Below are positions 27,601 through 37,446 of a DNA stretch of 64,000 nt, one piece after another. A program made the position numbers and the translations under genes. The notes beneath the pieces are model-generated. The model was not told the origin of the DNA. It searched no databases and worked only from the letters and a program-made list of their open reading frames with translations. The stretch is taken from assembly GCA_038904395.1 (NCBI GenBank), contig JBCKKC010000001.1, positions 25,759-89,758 of the forward strand, written 5' to 3'. The DNA comes from Acidimicrobiia bacterium (GTDB lineage: Bacteria; Actinomycetota; Acidimicrobiia; UBA2766). Positions within the stretch are counted from its first letter, which is position 1; each line of letters opens with the position of its first letter.

Positions 27601-28522
27601 GGTTGACACAACGATCCAGCCCTCCGGTCCAACCATTTCAAAGCGCCAAGCGTGGTTTTTTGCGATACGCGTGCCCACCCTTGTCGCTGGGTTCGTGCCT
27701 GTCTTGGTGGGCAGCGCACTGGCGTTCAATCATGGCAGCTTCGCACCCCTGCTCGCTGCTCTCGCCCTCGTTGTGTCGATTGGCATCCAAATTGGAACCA
27801 ACCTCGCCAATGACTATTGGGATTTCAAGAAGGGCGCCGATACGGCCGCTCGGATTGGGCCCGTCCGGGTGACACAGGCCGGCCTGATCCCACCGTCTCA
27901 AACCCTTATCGCCATGATGGCTGCCTTCGGGACGGCCGCCCTCGCCGGCGTTGCCATTTGCGCCCTCACGAGTTGGCTCTATCTAGGGCTCGGGGTCGTG
28001 TGTGTTGCGTGCGGATTTCTTTACACTGCCGGCCCGAAGCCGATCGCATATATCGGACTCGGCGAACTGTTTGCGTTCGTCTTCTTCGGAGTTCTGGCGA
28101 CAACGGTCACCTATCAAATTCAAACAGGCCAGGTCAGCGCTGCGGCCTGGGTGTGTGGTTCGGCGATTGGAGCTTTCGCTGCGGCTCTCTTGGCTGTCAA
28201 CAATCTGCGTGATCTCGCCACCGACTGCGCTGCCGGCAAAATCACTCTCGCTGTACGATTCGGCCGCCAGGGGACGAAAGCACAAATCACCGGCCTGCTC
28301 GGCGGGGCCTTTCTCTTGGTCTTGCTCCTGGTAGTCGGCCGCCGCCTGCCTTTCGCCGCCCTAATAACTTGGGGAGCAATTCCGCTACTAGCTCCGGCGC
28401 TGAAGAGAGTCTGGCGTGATGATGGCTCCCGGCCCATGCACTTAATCCCAGCCCTCAAGTTCATCGCCCGCACCGAACTAGCCTTCGGCGTGCTGCTTAC
28501 GCTGGCTCTGCTTGTCTCCTGA
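27593..28522 (+). CDS. menA: 1,4-dihydroxy-2-naphthoate polyprenyltransferase MenA (UbiA family)
   Basis: NDYWDFKKGAD (NDxxDxxxD) motif, about 9 TM helices, and E. coli MenA-like N-terminus and length. Confidence 0.88.
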   Translation: MVMVDTTIQPSGPTISKRQAWFFAIRVPTLVAGFVPVLVGSALAFNHGSFAPLLAALALVVSIGIQIGTNLANDYWDFKKGADTAARIGPVRVTQAGLIPPSQTLIAMMAAFGTAALAGVAICALTSWLYLGLGVVCVACGFLYTAGPKPIAYIGLGELFAFVFFGVLATTVTYQIQTGQVSAAAWVCGSAIGAFAAALLAVNNLRDLATDCAAGKITLAVRFGRQGTKAQITGLLGGAFLLVLLLVVGRRLPFAALITWGAIPLLAPALKRVWRDDGSRPMHLIPALKFIARTELAFGVLLTLALLVS

Positions 28523-28524
28523 CG

Positions 28525-28775
28525 TACACACTTCCCCCTCCGTCATTTCGAGCAAAGCGAAGCAACGAAGCAACCCGGGCTTCGATGCTTGGCGAGCGTA
28601 GCTTGCAATTCAAATAGATCGAACATGTAGGTGGATCTGCGGCTTCGCCGCAGGTGGATCCTCACAGTCGGCTGACGCCTCCCTCAGGATGACGAACGGT
28701 GATGGGGACGTGGATTGCCACGCCCTGTCAAAGCCCAGGGCTCGCAATGACGGGATGGGGGACGTGAATGGCGAC
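28525..28775. mobile_element. MITE-like repeat element, compound copy E8
   Basis: Element body (..TTGCAATTCAAATAGATCGAAC..GGATCTGCGGCTTCGCCGCAGGTGGATCC..CCTCAGGATGACG) plus an extra right arm GGATTGCCACGCCCTGTCAAAGCCCAGGGCTCGCAATGACGG and terminal repeat GGGGGACGTGAATGGCGAC. Confidence 0.75.
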
Positions 28776-30271
28776 TAGCTACCTGCGTAGAGACGTTCCA
28801 GATCGACTAGCTCGTAGTCGCCCTGAGCAGTGTAACCGCCAGATAAATCGGCGGTGAATCCGGACCGGCTAAAGAGCAGAAGCCGACAGTTACCTGCCCC
28901 GAGAAGGTCCCTAATGTGTCGGAGGCGGACTAGTTCAGCCACCCCGACCGGCCGCTGGGTCCATTTGGCTTCACCTATAGCAACGATCTGATTGTTCGCA
29001 ACTGCAACAACATCAATCTCGTGCACGACCCGGTGCTCCTTGCAACTCACCACAGAGCTACCGACCACACGCGGCCTTTCTCGGAGAGTAGGCTCAGCCG
29101 CGTAAAAGGCCGTCCATTGCCGGGCTAGATCCTCAAAGTGAGGCCCATAAATCTTGGCAGCGACAAGACCGCTCTCGGTAGCATCGCTCCACACTTGCGC
29201 CTGTTGGCCGATAACTAGCTGGTTTTCTCTCGGAGCTAACACAAGTTGTGACAGCCTCAGCAGCGGCTCGGCGATCTGGTAGCTGTTACGACGCTTTCTC
29301 AATGGGTCAACTCGTTCGGTTACCAGCTGAGACTCCGCCAATATCCGCAATGGATGACTCAAGGCCCCTTCTTTACGACCTAAGGCAGATGCGATTTCTC
29401 CTCGACGAGTCCTTCCTTCGGACAGGGCGGCCAGAATCGAAAAATACAAGCCAAGATCTTGAATGCGTGGGTCCTCGCTAACCAAAAGTTGAGCCTCACG
29501 AAAAAACGGACTTCCCGGGTTGAGAAGCACTTCGGCCACCCAAGCGTCGAAATCAGCCTCATCACGTGGAAACCGACCAAAACAAAAATCTCGATATGCG
29601 GGAGTCCCGCCACACAAGGCATGCAATTTGAATGCCAGCTCCCAGTGAGGTGAGAGTTGCCAAAAATCTGCCGTAACACGGTAGTCAAACGGCTTGAGCA
29701 CAATCTCACGCACCAGCCTTCCCCTCAGGGGCGCTGTGCCGCTGACCAGTTGACTCATAACGCTAAAGACCGAGCCACACAAAATCACACGGGCCCTTGA
29801 ATGTTGCTTCGCTCGACTCGTGGGCGACAAGGCTCGCTGCAACAAAGACGGTAATTCACCAGCGCCCCTGATGAGGAATGGAAATTCGTCCAATACAATC
29901 AGCACGGGATGGCCCTGTTCACCTAACGCCAGCAAATCCGCAATAGCAGCTTCCCAATCCGGAAACACTACAGGGCGGCCCACATTTCGATACTCAGCAT
30001 AGGCCCTGCCAATATCGGCCAAGTTCTGGCGTGACGACTGTTGCAGCCCACTGTAAAAGAACCCACCCGTTCTCTGCGCGAGCAGCTCCAGCAAGAGAGT
30101 CTTGCCCATGCGGCGTCGCCCATACACCAGACCAAGCTGGGCCCCGACAGAGTCGTTATCAACAAAAGATGCGACACTCGACCATTCGCTGTCGCGATCA
30201 AACAACCGCTCCGGCTTTTCCAATCCGGAATCAGGCGCAGATCCGTCTTTCATGCCACTACCACGACTCAT
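28775..30271 (-). CDS. AAA+ ATPase with C-terminal DUF234-type domain
   Basis: Walker A GRRRMGKTLL and Walker B LIVLDEF, and a C-terminal region typical of Arch_ATPase/DUF234 proteins. Start set at MSRGSGMKDG. The listed GTG start at 30301 lies inside the MITE terminal repeat. Confidence 0.7.
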   Translation of the reverse strand: MSRGSGMKDGSAPDSGLEKPERLFDRDSEWSSVASFVDNDSVGAQLGLVYGRRRMGKTLLLELLAQRTGGFFYSGLQQSSRQNLADIGRAYAEYRNVGRPVVFPDWEAAIADLLALGEQGHPVLIVLDEFPFLIRGAGELPSLLQRALSPTSRAKQHSRARVILCGSVFSVMSQLVSGTAPLRGRLVREIVLKPFDYRVTADFWQLSPHWELAFKLHALCGGTPAYRDFCFGRFPRDEADFDAWVAEVLLNPGSPFFREAQLLVSEDPRIQDLGLYFSILAALSEGRTRRGEIASALGRKEGALSHPLRILAESQLVTERVDPLRKRRNSYQIAEPLLRLSQLVLAPRENQLVIGQQAQVWSDATESGLVAAKIYGPHFEDLARQWTAFYAAEPTLRERPRVVGSSVVSCKEHRVVHEIDVVAVANNQIVAIGEAKWTQRPVGVAELVRLRHIRDLLGAGNCRLLLFSRSGFTADLSGGYTAQGDYELVDLERLYAGS

Positions 30272-30286
30272 GACATCCAACCGTTC

Positions 30287-30513
30287 GTAACCATTCAGCA
30301 CCTCTCGACCGGAGCGTCGTTACCAGCACGTTCGTCATCCTGAGGGAGCCGCTAGGCGACCGTGAGGATCCAGGAATCCGAATTCTTGCGAGCGTAGCGA
30401 GCAATTCAGAATAGCTCGACCATACGGGTGGACCTGCGGCTTCGCCCCAGATGGATCCTCACGCCCAGGCTGACGCCTGGGCTCAGGATGACGGAAGGGG
30501 TGGTGGATGGTTA
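30287..30513. mobile_element. MITE-like repeat element, copy E9 (full length)
   Basis: GTAACCATTCAGC terminus .. CGTCATCCTGAGGGAGCCGCTAGGCGACCGTGAGGATCC .. TTGCGAGCGTAGCGAGCAATTCAGAA .. GGACCTGCGGCTTCGCCCCAGATGGATCC .. GGGCTCAGGATGACGG .. GGTGGATGGTTAC. Confidence 0.8.
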
Positions 30514-30627
30514 CACCCGTTCGGCTCAAACGCTCCAACCCACACATTATAGGCTATTTGAAACTCGACTTTCAATATATGGAGTGTCATATTGCGTGGA
30601 AAGCACGGGCACGCCCGGTACTGCTAT

Positions 30628-30680
30628 CGAGCTCCCGAGCTCCCGAGCTCCCGAGCTCCCGAGCTCCCGAGCTCCCGAGC
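30628..30680. repeat. octanucleotide microsatellite (CGAGCTCC)x6 plus partial unit
   Basis: Perfect tandem CGAGCTCC repeats in an intergenic position, 8 bp downstream of the E1 dehydrogenase stop. Confidence 0.9.
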
Positions 30681-30687
30681 CACCCGA

Positions 30688-32772
30688 CTAGTCAACGAGT
30701 TGGCGGATAGAGGCGGCGATCTTGTCGGGGCCGAAAAGGATTTCGTGTTCGAGAGCTGGAGCATACGGTAACGCGGGCACATCGGCTATGGCGAGACGCA
30801 GGATCGGGGCATCCAATGACCAGAAAAACCGCTCACCAATTTCGGCAGCGAGCTCGCCACCGAGGCCGCCCGTACGGTTGGCCTCGTGTACAACGATGAG
30901 TCGACCCGTGCGGGATACAGACTCCCCCACTAGCTCGTAATCGAGAGGGTAAAGGGTGCGCAGGTCGATCACTTCGCAGCTGATTCCCTCTTGTGCCAAC
31001 GTCTCTGCCGCTGCCACGCTATGGTGGCGCATCATGCCATAGGTGGCAACGGTTACGTCGGTGCCGGGGCAGACAATTTCGCCCTGTCCAATCGGAATCG
31101 ACCAGTCGCCCTCAGGAATGAAACCCGTGATGGCCCGGTAGCACTTCTTGTGTTCCAGAAACATGACCGGGTCGGGGTCCGCAATTGCTGAGCGGAGCAA
31201 CCCGACTGCATCCATCGGGGTTGAAGGGGCAACAACTTTGAGGCCAGGCACATGGCAAAACAGCGCCTCGATACACTGTGAATGATATAGGGCGCCATGA
31301 ATACCGCCGCCGTAGGGGGTGCGGATCACAATCGGGCAATTGAAATCGCCGTTAGACCGGTAGTGAATCTTGGCTGCTTCACTCAAAATCTGATCGAACG
31401 CGGAATGAATGAAGTCTATGAACTGGATCTCGGCAATAGGCCGGAGGCCGTCGAGGGCCATGCCGATAGCAGCACCTATGATGAGAGATTCAGCCAGTGG
31501 TGTGTCAAACACTCGGTCATCACCAAATTTGGCCGCCAACCCTTCAGTGCAGCCGAACACTCCCCCACGCACTCCGATGTCTTCACCCAAAATGACGGTA
31601 CGGTCATCCTTCTCGAGAATCTCAGCCAGCGTATCGTGGATTGCGGTAATCAGGTTTACTTTCGGTTCCTGATCAGCGCCTGGTGCGGGCGGTCCGCCTT
31701 TCGCCGACACTCGAGCCGAAACCGGCTCGGCAACGATGGGCTGAGCGTAAACGTGAAGGTAAGCGTCGGCGGGTTCGGGGTCGGGCGCTGCTGCAGCTTC
31801 TTTGGCGGCAAGCGCCACTTCTGCCGTGACGGACTCATCAATCTCGGTCGCGAGTTTTTCTGTCAGAACTCGCTCAGATATGAGCATCTGGGCCATGCGA
31901 TCTATGGGATCATGCTTGCGCCAAGCTGCCACCTCTTGGGCGCTGCGATAGGCCTTGTCGTTGTCATCAGAAGTATGACCCAAATAGCGGTAGGTGCGGG
32001 CCTCAATCAGGGTGGGGCCCTGACCGTTGCGGGCACGGGCCAGAGCGTCGCTGGTAACCGAATATACATCAAGCACGTTTTGGCCGTCTACGGCCAAGCC
32101 AGGCATGTTGTAGCCAATGGCCCGCAGCGAGAGGTCAGCCACAGCGCTCTGTTTCGACAGCGGCACCGAGATCGCGTATCCGTTGTTTTCGCACACAAAC
32201 ACAACTGGGAGTTTATGGATGCCGGCAAAGTTCAAAGCCTCATGAAAATCACCCTTGGAGGTTCCGCCTTCGCCGAACGAGCACAATACGACACCGGGCT
32301 GGTTGCGCAGCTTGCGGGCGTAAGCAATCCCTACCCCATGAGGGAGTTGAGTGGCGATCGGCGATGAACCCGTGATAATTCCAAGCCGCTTTGATCCCCA
32401 ATGGCTCGGCATCTGCTTGGCCCCACTGCTTGGGTCGTCCGCCTTGGCAAGTACTCCGAGAAGAATGTCCTTCGGGCTCATCCCCCGCGCCAGAACGGCT
32501 GCCATGTCACGATAGTAGGGACACAAAATGTCGTCATCGGCCATCGCCGATGCAAAACCGACTTGGGTCCCTTCGTGGCCTTGGGCAGACACCGCAAAGG
32601 CCGCTTTGCCTTGGCGTTGCAAGGTCCAGGCCCGCTCATCGACCCGGCGCGACAACAACATGTTTCTATACATGGCCAACAGCTCAGTTGAGCCGAGCCC
32701 TAGCTCCGCGGAGGACGCTATGCCCCCGGCGGGTATAAATGCTGCCGGAGATATTTTCTTGGCCTCGGGCAT
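30688..32772 (-). CDS. 2-oxo-acid (probably branched-chain) dehydrogenase E1 component, fused alpha-beta subunits
   Basis: N-terminal TPP-binding E1-alpha (GEGGTSKGDFHEALNFAG..VCENNGYAIS) and C-terminal E1-beta transketolase-like domain (EDIGVRGGVFG..TPLAE..). 694 aa. Confidence 0.85.
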   Translation of the reverse strand: MPEAKKISPAAFIPAGGIASSAELGLGSTELLAMYRNMLLSRRVDERAWTLQRQGKAAFAVSAQGHEGTQVGFASAMADDDILCPYYRDMAAVLARGMSPKDILLGVLAKADDPSSGAKQMPSHWGSKRLGIITGSSPIATQLPHGVGIAYARKLRNQPGVVLCSFGEGGTSKGDFHEALNFAGIHKLPVVFVCENNGYAISVPLSKQSAVADLSLRAIGYNMPGLAVDGQNVLDVYSVTSDALARARNGQGPTLIEARTYRYLGHTSDDNDKAYRSAQEVAAWRKHDPIDRMAQMLISERVLTEKLATEIDESVTAEVALAAKEAAAAPDPEPADAYLHVYAQPIVAEPVSARVSAKGGPPAPGADQEPKVNLITAIHDTLAEILEKDDRTVILGEDIGVRGGVFGCTEGLAAKFGDDRVFDTPLAESLIIGAAIGMALDGLRPIAEIQFIDFIHSAFDQILSEAAKIHYRSNGDFNCPIVIRTPYGGGIHGALYHSQCIEALFCHVPGLKVVAPSTPMDAVGLLRSAIADPDPVMFLEHKKCYRAITGFIPEGDWSIPIGQGEIVCPGTDVTVATYGMMRHHSVAAAETLAQEGISCEVIDLRTLYPLDYELVGESVSRTGRLIVVHEANRTGGLGGELAAEIGERFFWSLDAPILRLAIADVPALPYAPALEHEILFGPDKIAASIRQLVD

Positions 32773-32878
32773 TTAGCGCTCCTCACTCGGTCCCGTCCTA
32801 CTCTGTCGGGTCGCCGGCCCCGTCTTGGGAATGCTCGACGCTCGCTCGAAAAGAATATCGAACCAGCACTCTCATTGA

Positions 32879-33937
32879 CTAAATGCGCATGCGGCTAATT
32901 CGTCCGACCTCCTCAAGACGAGCCTGAGCGTACCGGTGCGCCCCCGCATCTGGGCTGATGCCTGCGTCGGCCGAGCTCTGCAAGATCCGCAAGGTACTGT
33001 CGTACAATGCCTCGGTCTTCTCTACGGCAAGCTCATGGTTATAGCCGCCGATTTCGACAGCCACATTCATCAGTCCACCAGCATTGGCAATGAAATCTGG
33101 CACGTAAAGCATGCCGCGTGATTCGATCAGTTCGGCAACATCCTCGGTAGCCAACTGGTTATTGGCCGATCCGCAGATGACTTCACACTTGAGACCTTCC
33201 ACTACTTGTGGAGTCAGAACACCGCCGAGAGCGCATGGAGCGAATATGTCACATGCCGTCTGTAGCACATCGTCTGGTTCAACAACCTCGCAAGGCCACT
33301 GCTTAAGAACTTCCAACGCCCGTTGGTTGGTATCAGATACCATGACGACCGCGCCAGCATCTATGAGGAGGCGAACCAGCGGCTTGCCCACCTTCCCAGC
33401 CCCTTGGACCACAACTCTCTTACCCTGGAGAGACTCATTTCCCCAGCGGAATTTCGCCGCCGCTTGCATGGACTTGAGCACACCCAGCGAGGTGAAGGGC
33501 GAGGGATCGTCACCACCGCCCATGCTCTTGGAAACTCCCATCACCCACGGCGTCTCACGCCGGATCATGTCCATATCCGCACAATTCGTTCCGACGTCTT
33601 CGGCCGTAATGTATCGCCCACCGAGGCTATCAACATGACGGGCAAACATACGCAGCAACGCTTCGGACTTAATCAAGTCGGGGTTGCCAACGATCACAGC
33701 CTTGCCGCCGCCAAGATCGACACCTGCGGCGGCCGATTTATAGGTCATTCCTTCGGCAAGTCGCATGACATCGGTGAGCGCCGCCTGTTCATCGGGATAT
33801 GGGTAGAAACGACATCCCCCCAACGATGGACCCAGCACAGTTGAGTGGATAGCAATGATCGCTCGCAATCCCGTCGAAGAATCTTGACAGAAAAGAAGCT
33901 GCTCAAAGCCCTTCTCTTGCATCAGGTCAAAGTACAC
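32879..33937 (-). CDS. leucine (Glu/Leu/Phe/Val-family) dehydrogenase
   Basis: The GG(G/C)R..K catalytic region LGGCRFYPY..GGGKAVI, a Rossmann GAGKVG motif, and length of about 352 aa as in LeuDH. Confidence 0.8.
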   Translation of the reverse strand: MYFDLMQEKGFEQLLFCQDSSTGLRAIIAIHSTVLGPSLGGCRFYPYPDEQAALTDVMRLAEGMTYKSAAAGVDLGGGKAVIVGNPDLIKSEALLRMFARHVDSLGGRYITAEDVGTNCADMDMIRRETPWVMGVSKSMGGGDDPSPFTSLGVLKSMQAAAKFRWGNESLQGKRVVVQGAGKVGKPLVRLLIDAGAVVMVSDTNQRALEVLKQWPCEVVEPDDVLQTACDIFAPCALGGVLTPQVVEGLKCEVICGSANNQLATEDVAELIESRGMLYVPDFIANAGGLMNVAVEIGGYNHELAVEKTEALYDSTLRILQSSADAGISPDAGAHRYAQARLEEVGRISRMRI

Positions 33938-34085
33938 GCCACGTCCTCCGCATTCCTCAGCCCCAGGGCGTCAATCACCCACGTGTTATTGGTCCGCAGC
34001 CAATCCTACGCTTCCTAACAGGCTAGCCGAGAAACGGTGGGAGGGAATTTGTCGGAGCAGCGAGGGGCGGTCGGAGGCGAAGCCG

Positions 34086-34285
34086 CAACCATTCACGTCC
34101 CCCCCTCCGTCATTGCGAGCCCTGGCTCTGCAGGGCGTGGCAATCCAGGCTTTAAAAGCTGCGAGCGCAGCTCGCTGTCGAAACCAGGGACACCCCGGTC
34201 ACCCCGAACGTCCATTTGGAATTGCTCGCTACGCTCGCAAAGCAGTAAAGCCTGGATTGCTTCGCTCCGCTCGCAATGACGGCGA
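34086..34285. mobile_element. MITE-like repeat element, copy E10
   Basis: CAACCATTCACGTCC terminus, CGTCATTGCGAGCCCTGGCTCTGCAGGGCGTGGCAATCCAGGCTTTAAAAG, TTGGAATTGCTCGCTACGCTCGCAAAGC, and ..GCTCGCAATGACGG. Confidence 0.8.
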
Positions 34286-34314
34286 GAGACGACCGTTGCA
34301 TCAACCGTCGCAAA

Positions 34315-34890
34315 CTAGCTGTGGTCGTCGACTTTCCAGATGAGAGTAGGAGCCTTGGAACCCGTGGGAAGGACGGTCGTAGCGGTGACTCCGCCAGGGC
34401 CCAAGGTGATGTTGGTCGTGTCGGGACTGATCGGTACGACGCTGTTAAAACCAAGCTCCGGATCGTTCAAAAACACGAAACCGTAATACCCTGGGCACGT
34501 GCCGGCTGCGACGGGAGCAGCAGCTGGAGCGGCGGTCACTGGAGCCGCTGTAGTTGTAGCACCCTTCGATGATTTGGGCCCGATCTGACACTTTGTTGCG
34601 TAGATGGCAAACTTCGCTGAATCTGCACCGGTACCGAGACTCCCGGCCCCATAAACCCCGGCCAATTCACCCAGAGCGTAAGTGGCCACCGTTGCATAGC
34701 CTTCGCTGAGCGGTTCTAGCACGCCAGCAGTCCCGCCAAAGCTGAACTGCACCCTTGTGGGCATTTTGGCTGCTGTCGGCTCTTGTGCCTGACCAGCAGT
34801 GGCCACCCCGAACTGGACAGCCACTGCGGAAAGAACCATCGCAGAGCAAATTACCCTCTTCGTAAATCGAGACAAGACTTGAGTACGCAT
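34315..34890 (-). CDS. secreted hypothetical protein
   Basis: Sec signal peptide (..AVQFGVATAGQA). Ala/Thr/Pro-rich, with no recognisable domain. Confidence 0.5.
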   Translation of the reverse strand: MRTQVLSRFTKRVICSAMVLSAVAVQFGVATAGQAQEPTAAKMPTRVQFSFGGTAGVLEPLSEGYATVATYALGELAGVYGAGSLGTGADSAKFAIYATKCQIGPKSSKGATTTAAPVTAAPAAAPVAAGTCPGYYGFVFLNDPELGFNSVVPISPDTTNITLGPGGVTATTVLPTGSKAPTLIWKVDDHS

Positions 34891-35256
34891 GTACGCAGAG
34901 TAGCGAATTCTCCGGCGCTCTGTGATGATTAACGGACTTTTTTCTATGCCGAGAGCGCGATCAGTTCTTCGGGCACTGCGTCTAGGTCGACCAAAGACAG
35001 TTCATACTCACACGCGATGTCGTAGTCGCTAAAGGCATCGACTAGGCGTGGATTCATCGTGATCAGTGGATAGGCAACGTTCTGGCCCGATCGCAAAATC
35101 GATATCTGATGTTTGCTCATTATGAGAGTCCCCTCATTGTTTGCTTGGCAACTGCCATGGCGTTAGCCAACAGTCTCATACAAATTACTGAGAGAAACCT
35201 GAGCCCTCGAATGTATTCCTCTTATTCAGCAAATATTCTTCGCGAACGCAGCCCGC

Positions 35257-35808
35257 TCAGACGCTTTCGGATGCAAGATTGGCGTCACGGAGCCATTTGT
35301 TGGTCCAGTCTGATGATTTTCCGTAGCCCTTCGTGAGGGCGTCGCCTATGTATTGCTCGATCAAAGAACCGACGCCGAGAACTTTAGCTCGCACATCGAT
35401 CTCCGATATGAGCTCGTTTCCGCCTGAAGCGACAGACTCGACGCGCATTTCGCCAGACACCCCGACTTTTTCGGTCATCTTTTGGGGCGAGAGCTCGAAC
35501 ACCCACCGTCCTTGGTCTGCTTCGAAGTTCCCATCCTCAGACAGGGTCAGTGACGCACCAAACATTTTCGTAATCAAGTTCGAGCCATCAAGCCGAAAGG
35601 TCATACGCATCAGACGGGTGATCGATTTGCTTGGATCGCCCTCTTGACTTACAACTTCAAATTCGCTGCACTTGAGCGCCTCGGTATAAAGCCGCTGATT
35701 GTAATCGGCGTCAAAGAACACCTTGCCCCAAAAGACGTCCGGAGGGCACTCCAAGCCATGACGTAGAGTCAGTTTCACTTGCCTTGTCTCCTTTTGCCAC
35801 TCTTGCAC
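35257..35808 (-). CDS. SRPBCC-fold (DUF2505-like) protein
   Basis: Overall pattern (..V.L.HGLECPPDVFWGKVFFDADYNQRLYTE..) resembles actinobacterial DUF2505 START-like proteins. Weak assignment. Confidence 0.4.
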   Translation of the reverse strand: MQEWQKETRQVKLTLRHGLECPPDVFWGKVFFDADYNQRLYTEALKCSEFEVVSQEGDPSKSITRLMRMTFRLDGSNLITKMFGASLTLSEDGNFEADQGRWVFELSPQKMTEKVGVSGEMRVESVASGGNELISEIDVRAKVLGVGSLIEQYIGDALTKGYGKSSDWTNKWLRDANLASESV

Positions 35809-35980
35809 GGCCTGTCTCAGCCGTACACACGTTGAGACAACCAGCCCAGAACACCCAGACCCACGAACGAGGCTGCAAAAAATACAGGCTAGCCTGGTAC
35901 TTAGGGCCCGTTAGGGCCCTAGTGGAGCGAATCTAGCACAGAATTCACACACTCCAAAGATTGCACCAAAGGATTGAACG

Positions 35981-36538
35981 ATGCCAGCGCCTCAAGCACT
36001 CGCCTTCACCAACAATGAGGACGCCAACCAATTGTTGGCCACTGATAGCTTGGCGGTGCTAATAGGCATGCTTCTCGACCAGCAGGTGCCCATGGAGTTC
36101 GCATTTAGAAGCCCGTATCTTCTCAAGCAGAGACTCGGGGAACTTGACGCTGGTGCGATCGCTGCGATGGAGCCCAAAGAGCTTGAAGACATTTTCCGTG
36201 AGCGCCCCGCCTTGCACCGCTTTCCCGGCACCATGGCCAAACGTACCCAAGCCCTTTGCCAAACTATCGTCGATGAATATGACTCCACACCAGAGAATAT
36301 CTGGATGACTGCCAAAGACGGCACAGAGCTATACGGCCGACTTCGTGCCCTACCGGGCTTTGGTGAAGCTAAGGCAAGGATTTTCGTTGCTCTCTTAGGC
36401 CGTCGCCTGGGAACGGCACCGCCAGGCTGGGAAGTCGAGGCCGCTACCTGGCCATGCATCGCCGACGTCGACACTTTCGACAAGATCGAAAAGATCCGCT
36501 CCAAAAAACGTGCCATGAAAGCCAAAGCCCGGTCCTAG
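35981..36538 (+). CDS. HhH-GPD-type base-excision DNA repair protein family
   Basis: Helix-hairpin-helix LPGFGEAKARIFVALLG and an upstream helical bundle. No Fe-S Cys cluster. Confidence 0.5.
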   Translation: MPAPQALAFTNNEDANQLLATDSLAVLIGMLLDQQVPMEFAFRSPYLLKQRLGELDAGAIAAMEPKELEDIFRERPALHRFPGTMAKRTQALCQTIVDEYDSTPENIWMTAKDGTELYGRLRALPGFGEAKARIFVALLGRRLGTAPPGWEVEAATWPCIADVDTFDKIEKIRSKKRAMKAKARS

Positions 36539-36557
36539 TCAGCGGCGATCCAAACTG

Positions 36558-36636
36558 ACTTGCTCGCAAGCTCGCAAAACATGTTAAAGCCTGGATTGCC
36601 ACGCCCTGTCAAAGCCCAGGGCTCGCAATGACGGAG
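36558..36636. repeat. MITE-like repeat element, partial copy E11 (right half only)
   Basis: TTGCTCGCAAGCTCGCAAAAC .. GCCTGGATTGCCACGCCCTGTCAAAGCCCAGGGCTCGCAATGACGG. Confidence 0.7.
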
Positions 36637-37017
36637 AATGATCGTTGCTCGCCAGGCCACCCACCAGATAGGCACCGATAGTCTCCAACACTTTCACATC
36701 AACATCAGAAACCAACAACCGAATACGAATCCGAACACCACCCGGAAGAGGCACCACGAACGGATCACCAATCTCACGTAACCCATTGCCCGACATACCA
36801 ACCACCAACCAACAGACACAACCTCGAACGCACATTCGAAACAGTACCAACAGCAGCACCCAACATCAAGTCACTCCAAACCAAAATCCCAAATCTTTTC
36901 AATTTCTCCAAAACATCCATGAGAAATATTCTCCATTCCTGAACCCCAACAGATAATCACTGAAATACACACAGGATCAATGACCAAACGGGGAACAGTT
37001 CGCAACCCTGGCGTCTC

Positions 37018-37389
37018 TCAACTTGGGATGCGACCGAAATCATCGTGCAGCCGAATGATGTCATCCTCGCCCAAGTAGCTGCCGCGTTGAATTTCAATAA
37101 ATATCAAGTTTAGGGGGCCGGGATTCTCGATGCGGTGTGCCATTCCTACTGCAATGTCAACGGCCTCGCCCGTCCCAGCTTGAATCTGATTGCCGTCTAG
37201 AGTAACCAGGCCCGAGCCCTGCACAATAACCCAATGTTCAGCGCGCTTTGCATGCGTCTGGTAGCTCAAGCGCTTGCCCGGATACACAACAATTCGCTTC
37301 ACTTTGTAGTCGTCGCCCTCATCTAGAACTGTGTAGTTGCCCCAGGGTCGCTCATCATATTCTCTTGCGTTAATATCCGATTGAGTCAT
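37018..37389 (-). CDS. cupin-domain protein (mannose-6-phosphate isomerase type II C-terminal-like)
   Basis: ERPWGNYTVL..YKVKRIVVYPGKRLSYQTHAKRAEHWVIVQGSG matches the cupin_2/MPI C-terminal signature. Confidence 0.6.
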   Translation of the reverse strand: MTQSDINAREYDERPWGNYTVLDEGDDYKVKRIVVYPGKRLSYQTHAKRAEHWVIVQGSGLVTLDGNQIQAGTGEAVDIAVGMAHRIENPGPLNLIFIEIQRGSYLGEDDIIRLHDDFGRIPS

Positions 37390-37446
37390 CGGTAGCCTCC
37401 AAAACACATCCAGTGGTCATCGAGTTTATCGGGATTGAGGCAAAAG

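Noticed and set aside
30272-30301. GTG-initiated N-terminal extension MLNGYERLDV of the AAA ATPase, and similar NGY.. starts at 1558 and 12254
   Set aside because: These codons are the MITE terminal repeat (GTGAATGGTTAC) read in-frame. The true starts are the downstream ATGs.
36584-36859. 91 aa minus-strand ORF
   Set aside because: It spans repeat E11 and the strongly skewed CA-rich tract. Its Cys/Val/Gly-rich composition reflects the G/T-rich complementary strand rather than a protein.
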